Below are positions 38,738 through 51,065 of a stretch of 64,000 nt of DNA, piece after piece. Numbering within the stretch: position 1 is the stretch's first letter; each line of letters begins with the position of its first letter. The notes under the pieces were generated by a model. That model had not been told where the DNA came from. It worked only from the letters and a program-made list of their open reading frames with translations, and did no database searches. This stretch comes from Lama glama (lineage: Eukaryota), in contig CM052832.1 of NCBI GenBank assembly GCA_028534125.1, forward strand, positions 5,270,001 to 5,334,000, in the 5' to 3' direction. A program made the position numbers and the translations under genes.

Positions 38738-38872
38738 TTATTTGTTTTGTATTGTTTTTGTTTCTTATGAAGGGGAGGTAATTAGGTTTATTTATTATGT
38801 TTGGAGGGAGTACTGGGGACTGAACCCAGGACCTCGTGCATGCTCAGCATGTGCTGTACCCCTTGAGCTATA
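38738..38872 (-). mobile_element. Camelid SINE (vic-1-like)
   Basis: GGGGAGGTAATTAGGTTTATTT..TGAACCCAGGACCTCGTGCATGCT..GAGCTATA, flanked by a 26-bp direct repeat. Confidence 0.9.
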
Positions 38873-39475
38873 AGCCCTCATCTCCCTCATTTATTCTTAA
38901 GTATGTCACCATGAACAGCATACAGTCTTTGATGGAAAGTGGTTCCACCAATTGGCTTTTCTTCCGATTCTGAATAAATATCTTTATTTAATTGTTTTCT
39001 CTGTTATTGTTATTCACATACAGTTGGAATAAAATTCTGTCTTGGTCAAGGACATTGCTTTACAAATATATCAATATTGCAAAGCTTATCATATCATATG
39101 ACTGTAGACTTAAGAAAAAAAATGTTCTGTTTGCCATGGTTTCATAGTGCCACCTTTTTTCTAGATCTCACCTTACCTCTATTTTTTGTCTCATAAACTT
39201 TCTTAAGGTTGACAACTGCTTATGCAACTGTCCTCTCAGAGCCTTTTGTAAATATCATTAAGACTCTGTTTCCAGACAGAGAGAAACGCCTTGGGTCGCT
39301 GCCTAGCCTGGTCTCATTAGTATGCATGCGCATTGCCCTCCTGTGACAGACAGCAGAGAAAATACAGCGTCGGGAGGGTGGGGAATTACATTATGTGAAT
39401 TTTCCTCTGGTGACAAGGTGATGAATCAAATAACTGTACTGGTCTCAGAATATCTATTTTTATTCCTCATTTCAG

Positions 39476-39490
39476 GAGTTTCCCTAGCAG
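39476..39490 (+). other. Candidate 15-nt microexon or recursive splice site
   Basis: tatctatttttattcctcatttcag|GAGTTTCCCTAGCAG|gtaaga. Open in phase 1 (VSLA) and phase 2 (SFPS). Confidence 0.28.
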
Positions 39491-41539
39491 GTAAGACAAA
39501 CAACCAGAAAAATCTAGAAAATTCGTTTATATTGAGGTTAGTTGAGAGTCTTTCACAGAGTGGGTATGAAATTTACCCTTGACTTCTGAATAAGCGTATA
39601 TGTTACAGAAGAAAAACACAAGAGCTAAAGTAATTAACCATTAAGTTTTGTTCAACATTGAAGCCTTTGTCTAAATGAATATCTGCATGACCTCAGAAGA
39701 GAAATAAAGTTTTACTGATTGGAAACTTCAGCTTTTATCCTGTGTATTTGCTCTCATTCTAGACTTTTCCCGTTAGTTCCTTTAATAAGTGAAGATAATG
39801 TGAAACTGTTGCTTTCTCCTATAACTTACACATTTTAGAGAGTTTTGGTCCTTACTAAATAGGATTGTTGAATTTGGAAAGAAAGTTAGAACAGAGCTAT
39901 ACAGCTGGATTTTCCAGGGTAAATACAGAGGAAAGTAGTATAGAAACAAAATGGTAAGGGCTAGAAGTAGGGACTGTATCTGTTGTGATTCTGCAGGACA
40001 TACTCAGAGATCACTCTTAAATAATACTTTGTTGCTCAGAGAAGTGATGGTAGATCCATATCTGAGGAAAGAGAGAAACAAGACAAGACTGATTCAAAGT
40101 GCGATCATTGGAAAGTCACCACATACCCTCTTTACCCTCTTCGCTCACAGGAAGCAGGCATATTTGTTGTATCTGTACATCAACCATCCATCCTTCCATC
40201 CATCCATCCATCCATCATCTACCTATCAATAATCTCTTTATCATCTTATAGTGGAATCCATTATTAAAAAGAAGCTAAGGAACCAGATGTGAAATAGAAC
40301 AAAGCAGAACTGCTTTATTTTTTTTTTTTTAAATCAAGGTAGAGACTCAGGATCTGTGTGTTACAGCCTCACCTTTGTACCTTGCTTCTTGGGCATCCTA
40401 GCTTTTCAGAAAGACCGTGAAGTACACAGTGCTCAGCTTGAAAAACACTTCCCAGAGTCATTTCTGTAATAGGGAAACCCATAATTGACTTATTCCCTAT
40501 GTATTGCAAGTTAGGTTTTTTGCCAAGTTATGAAGGAGAACAGGATAATTCACTTTCTTGTCTTTCTGGCTACATCTCTTCCTTTCTGGCAACTTCTTTC
40601 TTTTTTCAATGCCTAGAAATTCCCCACAGCTTGTAGTTGATGAGATCTGCCTTCTACTCCTAATTTATATCCTGCTCAAATTTGCCCATTCTTATTCACA
40701 CCACGTACTTCATATGGATGACTACTGTCTTAATTTATCCAGAGTTAACTGATCTCATTATGCTGTATAGAGGGAAAAAAACCTTATTGCATGAAATGAA
40801 TAAAAACAAAATGATTACTGGCTTAATTTGTTTCCTCTTAGAAGAGAGGCAAGTCCCGAATCGTGCCTTGTAACATTTAGGTGAGATTACAAGCTGTGTT
40901 GTAGGGCACAGCAGTGTTTTAGATATACTGAAAATTCGGCTACACAGGTGTTTGCTAACTCACCTGACATGCAGCTATGCTTCTCCTTTGCCAGGGGTGC
41001 TCATAACCTAGCGTAGCGTTGGTGCACGGCATTATTTTACATATACTTGTTGAATGTTATCAAAAAACATATTTATTTATGTCTAATAAGAGAGCCATGA
41101 GAATCAGGACCCTGTTTGTTAGAGAACAAGGGCTCTTTTAGCATTTGCAGGTGAGCGGTTCAGGGGAACGGGTAACACAGGGCATAGTAAGAAGGAAAGG
41201 TGGTTGAGGTCTGGGTCTTACTTAAAACACTACACTTCCCCTGCTCGGAGTGGGTCTGTGTCTGTGAATCTCACAGAATCATGGGATGGTCTGAAAATCT
41301 TGTGAAACTTACAGACCTTCTTTATGTAAAATATGCAAACAGCAACATAGGCAGTGTGTAGACACTTTAGGGGCTTCACGGTGCCTTGGAATCCAACCCA
41401 CTGGATCTATAAACTCTATGTTAACATTCTCTGTTCTGTTACAATCTAAAATAGGGCTTAGAGAGGTGGCCATTGTGGAAAATGATATTCGCTATGATTA
41501 TTTCTCACTTTAGGGCATGGAATTCTCCTATTAAGGAAA

Positions 41540-41830
41540 CTGCAGTGGCCCTGTGGGGAGCAGGCTCTGATAAATGAATTGTGACTTCTGTAACTTAGCC
41601 CCAATTACGATTGATGGTGATAATTTGTACATGTGTTGGTCTGTGTGGCTAAGTGTGCTGATAGATAATGCTGCTAAATTAGTTCTATTTGATTCATGAA
41701 AAATGCAAACTGATGGAGACTCACATGACAGCTTATTTGCATAATGATGACTTACGATTTTGTATTTAATTAATGAGTATTGGTGACTCAAATAAGCTCT
41801 GGGAATTGACAAGATGCAACTTGAAAGCTG
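41540..41830. promoter_or_regulatory. Candidate developmental enhancer (PBX-HOX, MEIS, POU, homeodomain, AP-1 motifs)
   Basis: TGATNNAT at 41568, 41659 and 41690; TGACAG at 41726; ATTTGCAT at 41735; TTAATTAA at 41766; TGACTCA at 41784. Confidence 0.45.
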
Positions 41831-42204
41831 CAGCTTGTAAAGAAGAAAACAAAGAATGATGCAGTGAGATGATCCTCATTGTCCTTAATTCAACTCTTTC
41901 AAACAGAGAAGGTATGCTTTTTTGGTCATTTTATCCAAGGGCAACAAACTCACCAAGACCTAATTTTACTCAAGATCTAGCAATTCCTGCGTGCTCTAGC
42001 AAGAAGCAGCAGAATTAAGTTATGGGGCTCGAGCTGAGCCATAGTTGATGGATATACTGTTTCTACAAGTCCAGTTCCTACTGGACTGGAATGTTGAAGT
42101 TGGTTATATTCAGTCATTTGAACAACAAATTTGAAATTTCACTTGGTCAATTTTCAGAGAGGCAGATCATATGTGCACCTCTTGTTGAATAGTTGATAGT
42201 GATT

Positions 42205-42897
42205 CATTTGCAGAATATAGGCATCTAGCACATTCATATTGTGCAACCACCACCTCTATAAGGTTGCAAACATTCTCATTTACTTCCCAAAGAACCCCAC
42301 ACTGTTAATCAGTCACCCCTCATGTCTGTACCACTCAGCCCCTAGCAAGCATGAATTTACTCTGCCTCTATAGATTTACCTATTCGAGACATGTCATATA
42401 AATGCTATCATTACAGTATGTGACCTTTTGTTTCTGCCCTCTTTCAGTTATCATAATGTTTTAGAAGTTTACCCAGATGGTAGCATGTGTCAGTACTTCA
42501 TTACTTTTTATGGCCACATTATTTTCCATCGTATGTATTTGCTACATCTTGTTTACCCTTTCATCAAGTAACAGACACTGGGTTGTTTCCACCTTTTGGC
42601 TGTTGTGAAGAGTGTCACCATGAACATTCATATAGGAGTTTATTTTGAGCACTAATTTTCAGTTCCTTTGGTGTATATATGAGCAGAATTGTTAGGTCAT
42701 ATGGTAATCCTGTCTACCTTTTTGAGGAAAGGCCAAAATATTTTCTAGAGAAGCTGTATAATTTTTTATTCCCCTTATCGTTGTATGGGGGTTCTAATTT
42801 CTCTACATCCTCATCAACACGTGACATTTTATCTTCATTTCTCACGACAGTCATTCTAGAGGGTGTGACGTGGGACCACACTGTGGTTTTGGATTGC
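42205..42897 (-). mobile_element. L1MB-type 3' end
   Basis: TTGTGCAACCACCACCTCTAT..TCTATAGATTTACCTATT..GGGTTGTTTCCACCTTTTGGCT..GGTCATATGGTAAT..TGTGGTTTTG. Confidence 0.88.
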
Positions 42898-43614
42898 GCT
42901 GCCGCTTCTGACCCCTGGTGCACTTGTGAAGCTGACTCTGCAGTTTATCCAGCTTTTCCTTGTAGTGGTGGGAGTGATATTCTTCCCAGTTTCCTACATC
43001 CTAGGCAGAAGCAGTACTCTATGAAATATGTATAATGATGAGGCAACAATGTCTTACTCTAATTCCATGGAATAAGGAGTACACTGTATACACAGATACC
43101 TATTTCACAATAAAATCATCTCTGACTCTCTGAGGAGATATTTGTCCGTTTCCCCGATGCACCCTGATGTCATCTGACTTGTCTTGCAAGTTTTATTTTT
43201 TTATATGCGTTTCCACCCTTTTTTGTTTTATCCATTGACTCTGATTTAAATTCAGCAGTTTAAGGAGACTCAGTGCATATGTTAATCTCATTGCTGAGAA
43301 ACATATAAAAAACCCTCGGTCACGTCCTTCTTAAAGTTTATTTTTTTATTCCCAACACCTAGTTTATGTTAGACACATAAAAATAAATAATATACATTTA
43401 ATTGAGTAAAAGAAGGGATGGACGGAAATTGTATATGTGATAACAATATCAACTTTCAAGTGGAGGTGTCTGAATGAAAGCAAGGTAATGAGAGAAACGG
43501 CCACTCCAGGAGAGGCTCAGTGAGTTTGCTTTTAGGTTCACGGCTCTTAACCCTTGGTTTTGTATTAGAGACCATAAGCGGGTTTAGAAAAATACTCTTT
43601 GTTTTGATAGGGGC

Positions 43615-45175
43615 GTGTGGCCAAGCTGTCAGGGTAGAAATACATTAAGCTCACTTCCTCCCAGGGGCACACCAAAATTCCAGCTATTTACAGAGCAGCT
43701 ATCCATGAGAACAACCTGAAGACTAGCAGGAAATATTTTCCATGGCTAAACATGTAAAAATGGAGCCACAAGTAGACTTTCCGCTTACTGCCTCTGTGCC
43801 GGGTCTCAGAGCATGTGGGATTTTGTGCTGCCCTTTAAGAGTTGAGTCTCCTGTTTCCTACGGCTCTCCGGCTCAGAAGACTTGCTGGCCTTCAGAGCCA
43901 GACATCCTGGGGTCTCATGTACACGATGCAGAACCCTGAGGCTGGAGACCCTGATGTGGGGCTCGGACCCCTCACTTTTTTAGGAGAACCTCTGAAGTGT
44001 GATTATCCTCCCATTTGTGGGTTTCCTACTGCAGGGTGTCGGTCCTCACAATACCACGTCTTTGCTCCTTTTTTACATAGTGATTTGAAAGTAGCCCCAC
44101 GTGCTGATCTTGCAGAGCCTCCAGGTAACGCAGGAGGCAACTGATGCTCCCCTTGAAGACACAGGTGCTGGCAGCAGCCATTTGGGGAGCTTGTTCAGCC
44201 ACGAGGACACTGGTACTGGCAAGTGCCTTTCTGAGGTCCTCTTTCTAGCCTGTTAGCCCTGGGGGCTTCTCCACCCACCAGCAGGTCAGCGCCATCCCCA
44301 GGGGCAGAGAACTAATTTGAAGAAATGATAGCTGAAAACTCTCCTAACCTTGGGCGGGAAAAAAAGCAAACATCAGTGTCCAGGAAGTGCAGAGTCTCAA
44401 ACAAGATGAACCCAAAGAGGTACAGACTAAAACACACTGTAATTTAAATGGCAAACATTGAAGATAAAGAGAGAATCTTAAAAGCAGCAAGAGACAACCA
44501 ACCAGTTACATAAAAGGAAACACCCATAAGATCGTCAGCAGACTTTCAGCAGAAACTGGGCAGGCCAGAAGGGAGGGGCACGGTGTATGCAAAGAGATGA
44601 AAGGGGAGAAAAAGCTACAGCCAAGAACACTGGGCTCGGCAAGGCTACCATTCAGAACTGAAGGGGAGAGAAAGAGTTTTACAGACAAGCAAAAGCTGCG
44701 AGCATGTCACACCACTAAACTGACTCTACAAGAAATGCTAAAGGGACTTCTCTAAGAGTAAAGAAAGGACCACAGTGAGAAGTATGAAAATTAGGCAAGG
44801 AAAACTCTCATTGCTCAAGGCAAACGTCCAGTAAAGATAGCGGATTAACCACTTATAAAGTAGTTAGGAAGGTTAAAAGATAAAAGTAGTCAGATCATCT
44901 GTATCGACAATAAATACTTAAGGGATGCACAAAACAAAAAGATGTAAAATGTAATATCAAAAACACTAAACGTGGGGCAGGGGTATTAAAAATGCAGGGT
45001 TGTTAGAATGCATTCAAACTTATGTCATCAACTTAAAATAATTTTATATACGTAATATAATATCTGTAACAGATACACACATAGAAAAAGAAAGTGATCC
45101 AAACATAACAGTGTAGTCTGAAGTCACAAGGGAAGAGAGCGAAAGAAGAAGAAAGGAACAAAAGAGAACTACAAA
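43615..45175 (+). mobile_element. Rearranged L1: 5' UTR (internal inversion ~43771-44078), ORF1 C-terminal half (44305-44755), inter-ORF region; lacks ORF2
   Basis: ORF1p remnants EEMIAENSPNL, NKMNPKR, DKERILKAAR, ADFSAET..ARRE and LQEMLKGLL*. The 5' part is homologous to 21296-21643. Confidence 0.88.
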
Positions 45176-46099
45176 TAAACCTCCTGTTTTGGCCGTATCC
45201 TCAGAGTGTATTCTTTATAATCTCTGAAGTGGGTCTTGAGGATTTAGTTCTTATCTCCCAGGTGATTTCTAATGTACAGTGAGATTTGAGAACCATTGTT
45301 TTAAAACATCATTCCTCTTCAGATCTGAATTCTGCCTTCTCCTGCCATATAAAATGTTTTCTTAAAGGCCATATTCTAGTCACACGTGCTTCCTTCCCGC
45401 TGCAGGCAGACGGTGGGTTTGCCACTGCATAGAAAGCTCAGGGGACCAGGTCTCCTTCCTGGCGTCTGGGTGATGGGGGACCTTCACCCTCTGCTCTGAC
45501 AGACGGCACCTGCGTTTGAACGGGTCACATCTAAGGGCACCTGCTGCCACAGCAGATAAAATGTGTTGGCTGCTAACTGGAGAAAATCACTGCCCTGACA
45601 CTAAGCAGATCACAAACCCTCTCTCCTGAATTCCCCATCCGCGCTGCATCTCTGGATGTGGGCTATTTACCCTGAACGTACAGGGACAATTTCTAGCTGA
45701 CTAATCACTGATGTCAGGGGGAAATTAACATGTGTAATTTTATTTACACAGCACAGAGTCTCAGGAAATTCACTGGGCCTGGTGTTCAGGTCCTTTATTT
45801 GTTGTTACAAGCTGTATGGCTACGAACAAGTCATTGAAACTAAATGGACAAAAGGTCTTTTACTTGCAAAAGTCAGGGGTTGGATTGGGGATTCTCTGCG
45901 TTTTCTAATGGCTCTAATAATCTGTGATTCTGTGTTCAGGAAAAGACGTGTTTGTGACTTTACGGAAATCTAGAAAATGAAGCTTCTAGTATTTCTTATA
46001 GTAGGTACAGAAAAGGCTGAAACGAATCATAATTAGAGTTAAATGAGACGACCTAAGTTGTCTGACTGTTATCCCATGACAACAACTGTTGTGTAATAA

Positions 46100-46300
46100 T
46101 AAGTGTCAACTCTTTTAAGTACATTGTCATTTTATCTTTAAAGCAACCATGGAGGTAGACAGTTGTTTTCCCTGTTTTGTAAACGTGCAGCCGAGCGCAG
46201 AGCTCTAATCACACGGCCATGCTGTCACGGCTCACAAGGAGCAGAGGGGTTTTCCATCCCAGACCACCCTTTAGAGCCTGTGGTCCTGACCGCTTGAGCA
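46100..46300 (-). mobile_element. MIR fragment
   Basis: CAACCATGGAGGTAGACAG..CCTGTTTTGTAAA..CCCAGAC..TTAGAGCCTGTG. Confidence 0.55.
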
Positions 46301-48491
46301 CTGCCTCACACCTTCTGCTTGATGGAGACAGAAGGGGACTGACTTGCAGTGATGTTACAGAAACAGCGAACAAATTTTAACTAACTGCTAGTTATGGATC
46401 ATTCCATTTGAATTTCTCCTGCCTTATTTAATTAGATCTGATCTTCATTCCTTCCTGCCTGCTTAGAGCTCCAAGTGAAGCCGTGATCCAACCAGTGCTG
46501 GCATGACTCTTCTGGTGTCAGCGCCCCTCCCATGGAGAGGAAGGAGTCCCTTCTCTCCAGCCCTGCCACCCTCTCCGCTTCTCCATGCCTTTTGTGTGGC
46601 TGGCAGAGTGGTCTGCCTCCTTGTGTGTTGTATTTGGCTGGCAGAATAGTTAATTCACGTATTTTTAATGCCATTGAACAGGCCATGTGCTCTCCAGCTG
46701 ACCAGGTTCCACAGCTCCTTACTGCATGAAAGGAGTGCATTTCATTCATGCATTTGACGCATCCATCGTCCTGTTTGATTTTTGACCTCTGCCTGAGAAA
46801 GAAGAAATGGATTGTAATTAGCATGGTTTATTTTTTGTTTAGTATTGGTTTGAATACACTAGGCAGCAAGTTTTCTTCCGCAGTAGTCAACGAAGTTTGT
46901 GGTGGAAACACATAATTCAACCATTGGATATACAAAGGCTGCAAGACCGTAATGACCTGACTCTTAATGTTTTAGAAAGAAAGAACGAAAACTGGCGTTT
47001 TTGAGTCAAATCAGCAGTGAAAGGATATGTCTCCTGGACCGTCAAATAAATACTGTTCTTCAACAAAACCGGGAACAGTTAATTCCCTGATGTGTTCAAT
47101 AAAAAAGCATAACCTTGTTTAAAATGCAATAGACTAGAGAAAACTACAAAGTGGACTTGTCAGTGCAGAGAAAACAAAATCTCTCCCTGTGTTTTTAGTA
47201 CCATGACCACAGTTTTTCAAATTTATAGTCTTTTAACTTAAACACTGCAGAGTATCATTCACAGCTTTTCAGGCCTCAGATATTAACACTGTGAGATAAA
47301 ATTAGTTTTAGCTGTATATTTCCTATCGTAGTGAAAAATGCTCAGATTTAGGGAAAGATATCAAGTCATATAAAGGAAGGGCATTTTCAAGAACATTTAA
47401 TCCTTTAGCCATTTTTCCTGAGGAAACATTCGAGGTCATCGTGTGATGTTGCTGGGTGAGTCCCCTGGGGCCACCACAGCACTGTGACCTGATTAGTGTG
47501 TGGGAGGCATTGGTGAGGACTGGGGTTTGCTTAATTAGCAGCGTGAGCCAGACTCCTTACTGATGAATTTGGGATGAGGGTCATCCAGCGCCCAGGGCAT
47601 CCAGCTGTCCTCATGCCAGGACTCTCCCTCCAGCCTCTGGAGAACACCAAGGTCACATGAGAGCTGGCTTCCTCGGGGAGAGGGGTTAGGACGGCAGCTT
47701 CTCGGGCCTGATTCTGCCATCTTCTGAGCCTCTCCTGCTCGCATGAGTCAGTCATCAGTTTCTTGGTACTTTAACAAAATTTTTATCATTCAGACAAGAA
47801 CCTGTGCATAATGTTTTAGATAAAAGACCTAGCAAGTGTGCATAATTGTCCTAAACACATATTAGCCTCAAGGTAAAATATCTGGGCTTCATGAGATGGT
47901 GTCTTTCTCTTCTTGAGCTCTAAGAGCTGTTAAAACCTTTGGAAAATCTCCAGTCCTCTCTTTACTTACTATTTTCTCGAAATCCTGCAAAGACATTTCT
48001 GTCTCTCTCTCAAAATATACAAAGACCCACAGACACACACGCACTCTCAAAACTGAAGAAATCCTCACATGGAACTCTTTTGTAACCTGACCACTGCATT
48101 TTAATAAAGTCTTGAATAATAGGCCTCCACGGACTTTCCCAGTTGAAAGTTTTCTTACATGAAGAAGATGTTTCATTTACTGAGAGTCAATCAAAGAGTC
48201 AAAAAATAATACTTCTTTTTTTTAAAAAATGTTTTCTAGTTTATAACAAAAATACTCACTAGACTATTACGTTTCTTATTATCTCTTCCATTTAGAAATA
48301 AGCTTAGAAATCTATATCTCTTTCCTTTTATTCTCCTTTTGTCTCCATCTGTCAAAACCAAACTCTTCACATCTATACAACAAAGCAGAAAGATGAGTTT
48401 GTTGCAAAGCTTTTGACCAGCAAACCGGGAAACTGAAGGCTACAGGAGCAGTGAGTTCCGAGTTGCTCACAGATGACAGGATTTTTTTTTT

Positions 48492-48991
48492 NNNNNNNNN
48501 NNNNNNNNNNNNNNNNNNNNNNNNNNNNNNNNNNNNNNNNNNNNNNNNNNNNNNNNNNNNNNNNNNNNNNNNNNNNNNNNNNNNNNNNNNNNNNNNNNNN
48601 NNNNNNNNNNNNNNNNNNNNNNNNNNNNNNNNNNNNNNNNNNNNNNNNNNNNNNNNNNNNNNNNNNNNNNNNNNNNNNNNNNNNNNNNNNNNNNNNNNNN
48701 NNNNNNNNNNNNNNNNNNNNNNNNNNNNNNNNNNNNNNNNNNNNNNNNNNNNNNNNNNNNNNNNNNNNNNNNNNNNNNNNNNNNNNNNNNNNNNNNNNNN
48801 NNNNNNNNNNNNNNNNNNNNNNNNNNNNNNNNNNNNNNNNNNNNNNNNNNNNNNNNNNNNNNNNNNNNNNNNNNNNNNNNNNNNNNNNNNNNNNNNNNNN
48901 NNNNNNNNNNNNNNNNNNNNNNNNNNNNNNNNNNNNNNNNNNNNNNNNNNNNNNNNNNNNNNNNNNNNNNNNNNNNNNNNNNNNNNNNNNN
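48492..48991. other. Assembly gap (500 N)
   Basis: Run of N following a poly(T) tract. Confidence 1.
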
Positions 48992-50869
48992 TGGAAAGTA
49001 TTTTAAAATGGTTTTCAGAAACATTAACATTTTATATAGACATTTTTCACTTTAGGTAAAGGTCAAGACGACTTGGGCAAATGCTGTGTTGAATGTGAGA
49101 GTGACTGAATTGGACTATGGAGCAATGTATCAAACCACAGAAGGTCAAAGCTCTAACATTTAGATAACATGCAATGTGGGTTATATTAAAATACTTTAAA
49201 TTTGTAGAGAGCTTTACTAAATAATTGCACTTATATGATCTTGTTTGACCATCAAAATGATGGATTCGATATTCTCATACTCTTTTACAAACTTGAAGAC
49301 TGAAGCTTCGAGAATTTAAAAAAAAAGAAAGAAAAGAAAAAGAGTGGAAGCTCCGTACACTCCCACACAACCGCCCTGGGACATAACTGAAGCTTCTTTG
49401 ACTGAAGTGCAGTGAACGAGCTCTCTCGTCCAAACCAGCCTTTTGGCAACATCCCCCTCATCACTGTGTATTTCTGGTGCTGCTGCTCTTCCTTCCAACC
49501 TTTCTCACACACTTACACATCAATCTACTGAGCCCAGAATATCCAGAGTTTATGTTTGGAAACAAAGGTAGCGACTGGTGCTTCAGATGTGTGGCAGTGC
49601 CGCACCCATCTCCCACCCCGACGCCTTCCCGATTCCGGAGGGACAGTCAAGCGTGACCTGATGGTCTCTAACAAGTTGATCCCAGTTTCTTTCCAGGTTG
49701 AGGGACCAGCCTGCCACTGCCTGATTCTGCATACTTTTCACCATCTTGGCATTTACACGGATGGAGTACTCACCCCAGGCTGAATTTTCATGTAAGGGAA
49801 CATAGCATTAAGATGCTGAAACATTTAGACACCAAAGAGTAGATGAGCTAGCAAAGGGGGCATAAAAAACTTTCTTAAATGACAGTTGAAATGCTGGCAA
49901 TTTTCTAAGCCCTCATAGGCTTGCCACACTTTGGCATTATCCTTAAAAATGTAGATACTTGGAACAATAAATTACTAAACCATTCAATATGCTGACCAGC
50001 AGCATATCTATTAAATTTTTTTCTTTCTGCCTCATTTGACTTTCAGATTTTATGCTTATAAGCATAGGAAGACCTGTTCGGATGAGTTACAGGTTCCTGG
50101 GGTGAGAGGAGAAAAGGCCAGAAGGAGAGTCCTTAGAACTAGACAGACTCTTAGAAGCGTTTTCTTAGCCCAAAGCACTCCTTTTATACAGGTAGGAAAA
50201 GGAATCTCTTGAAGGTGAAGTGCCTTTTGCAGCCACTCGTCAAGGGGCGGCATGAGATTGGAGCCAAACTCTCACGATGTTGCTTCTCCACCAGCTGTTG
50301 CTTCGGCGCAGAAAACACGTTTGACGAGGGCTGAGTCTCTGGGGCGTAACCATGTGGGTCAGGCCCTGTGGAGTGTATATTTTGATCCTATTTTGATGGC
50401 GGATATTTAGGAGTCTGATAAAAGCCAGAGACACACTTCTTAGAATTTTGTATAAATACGTATTAACACAATTTGATAGTCAGTCTCATGGCATCATCAA
50501 CAACCCAAAACTTATCCTTGGGTCCACATAAGTTAAGAGTATCTGTTTAGAGAAATTGTTTCAACAGATCAACAGGTGACTCATGTCACCAAAGGTAAAA
50601 GTTCTTTTAAACATTTTTTTTTCCCTCCAATTCTTCTAGCCTCTCAAAGTGTTTTTGCAACCAAAATAGTTTTGTGGGATTCAGTTATGCTAACTCTTAA
50701 CTCTGCTGAGCTGGAGAGTAGAAAGCTAGGAGAGCATTTGTCCATATGAGGTGATGAAGTTTGCTTGTGTATATGACGTCACTTTGGGAACTACAAACTG
50801 CTGAAGACAATATATTTAAGCAGAGAAAGTATTGTTCTATGAGGCTGTGAACTAAATTCTTAAAGATAG

Positions 50870-51065
50870 ATAATATAATTTATAAATATATGTATATGTT
50901 AGAATATATATTATACATCACATCTATCTATGCAGTGTAGTATATGCAGTGTGTTATATATATTTATAAACTATGTTTATACAATATTTATTTATTATAT
51001 ATACATTATATTTAAATTATATATTATATAAATTAAATCCTTAAAAATATATTTATAAATTATAT
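50870..51065. repeat. AT-rich low-complexity (TA)n-like tract
   Basis: Degenerate TATA repeats. Confidence 0.85.

Noticed and set aside
41132-41156. 9-nt microexon or AG|GT pattern (ttttag CATTTGCAG gtgagc)
   Set aside because: Very short pyrimidine tract with several AGs immediately upstream.
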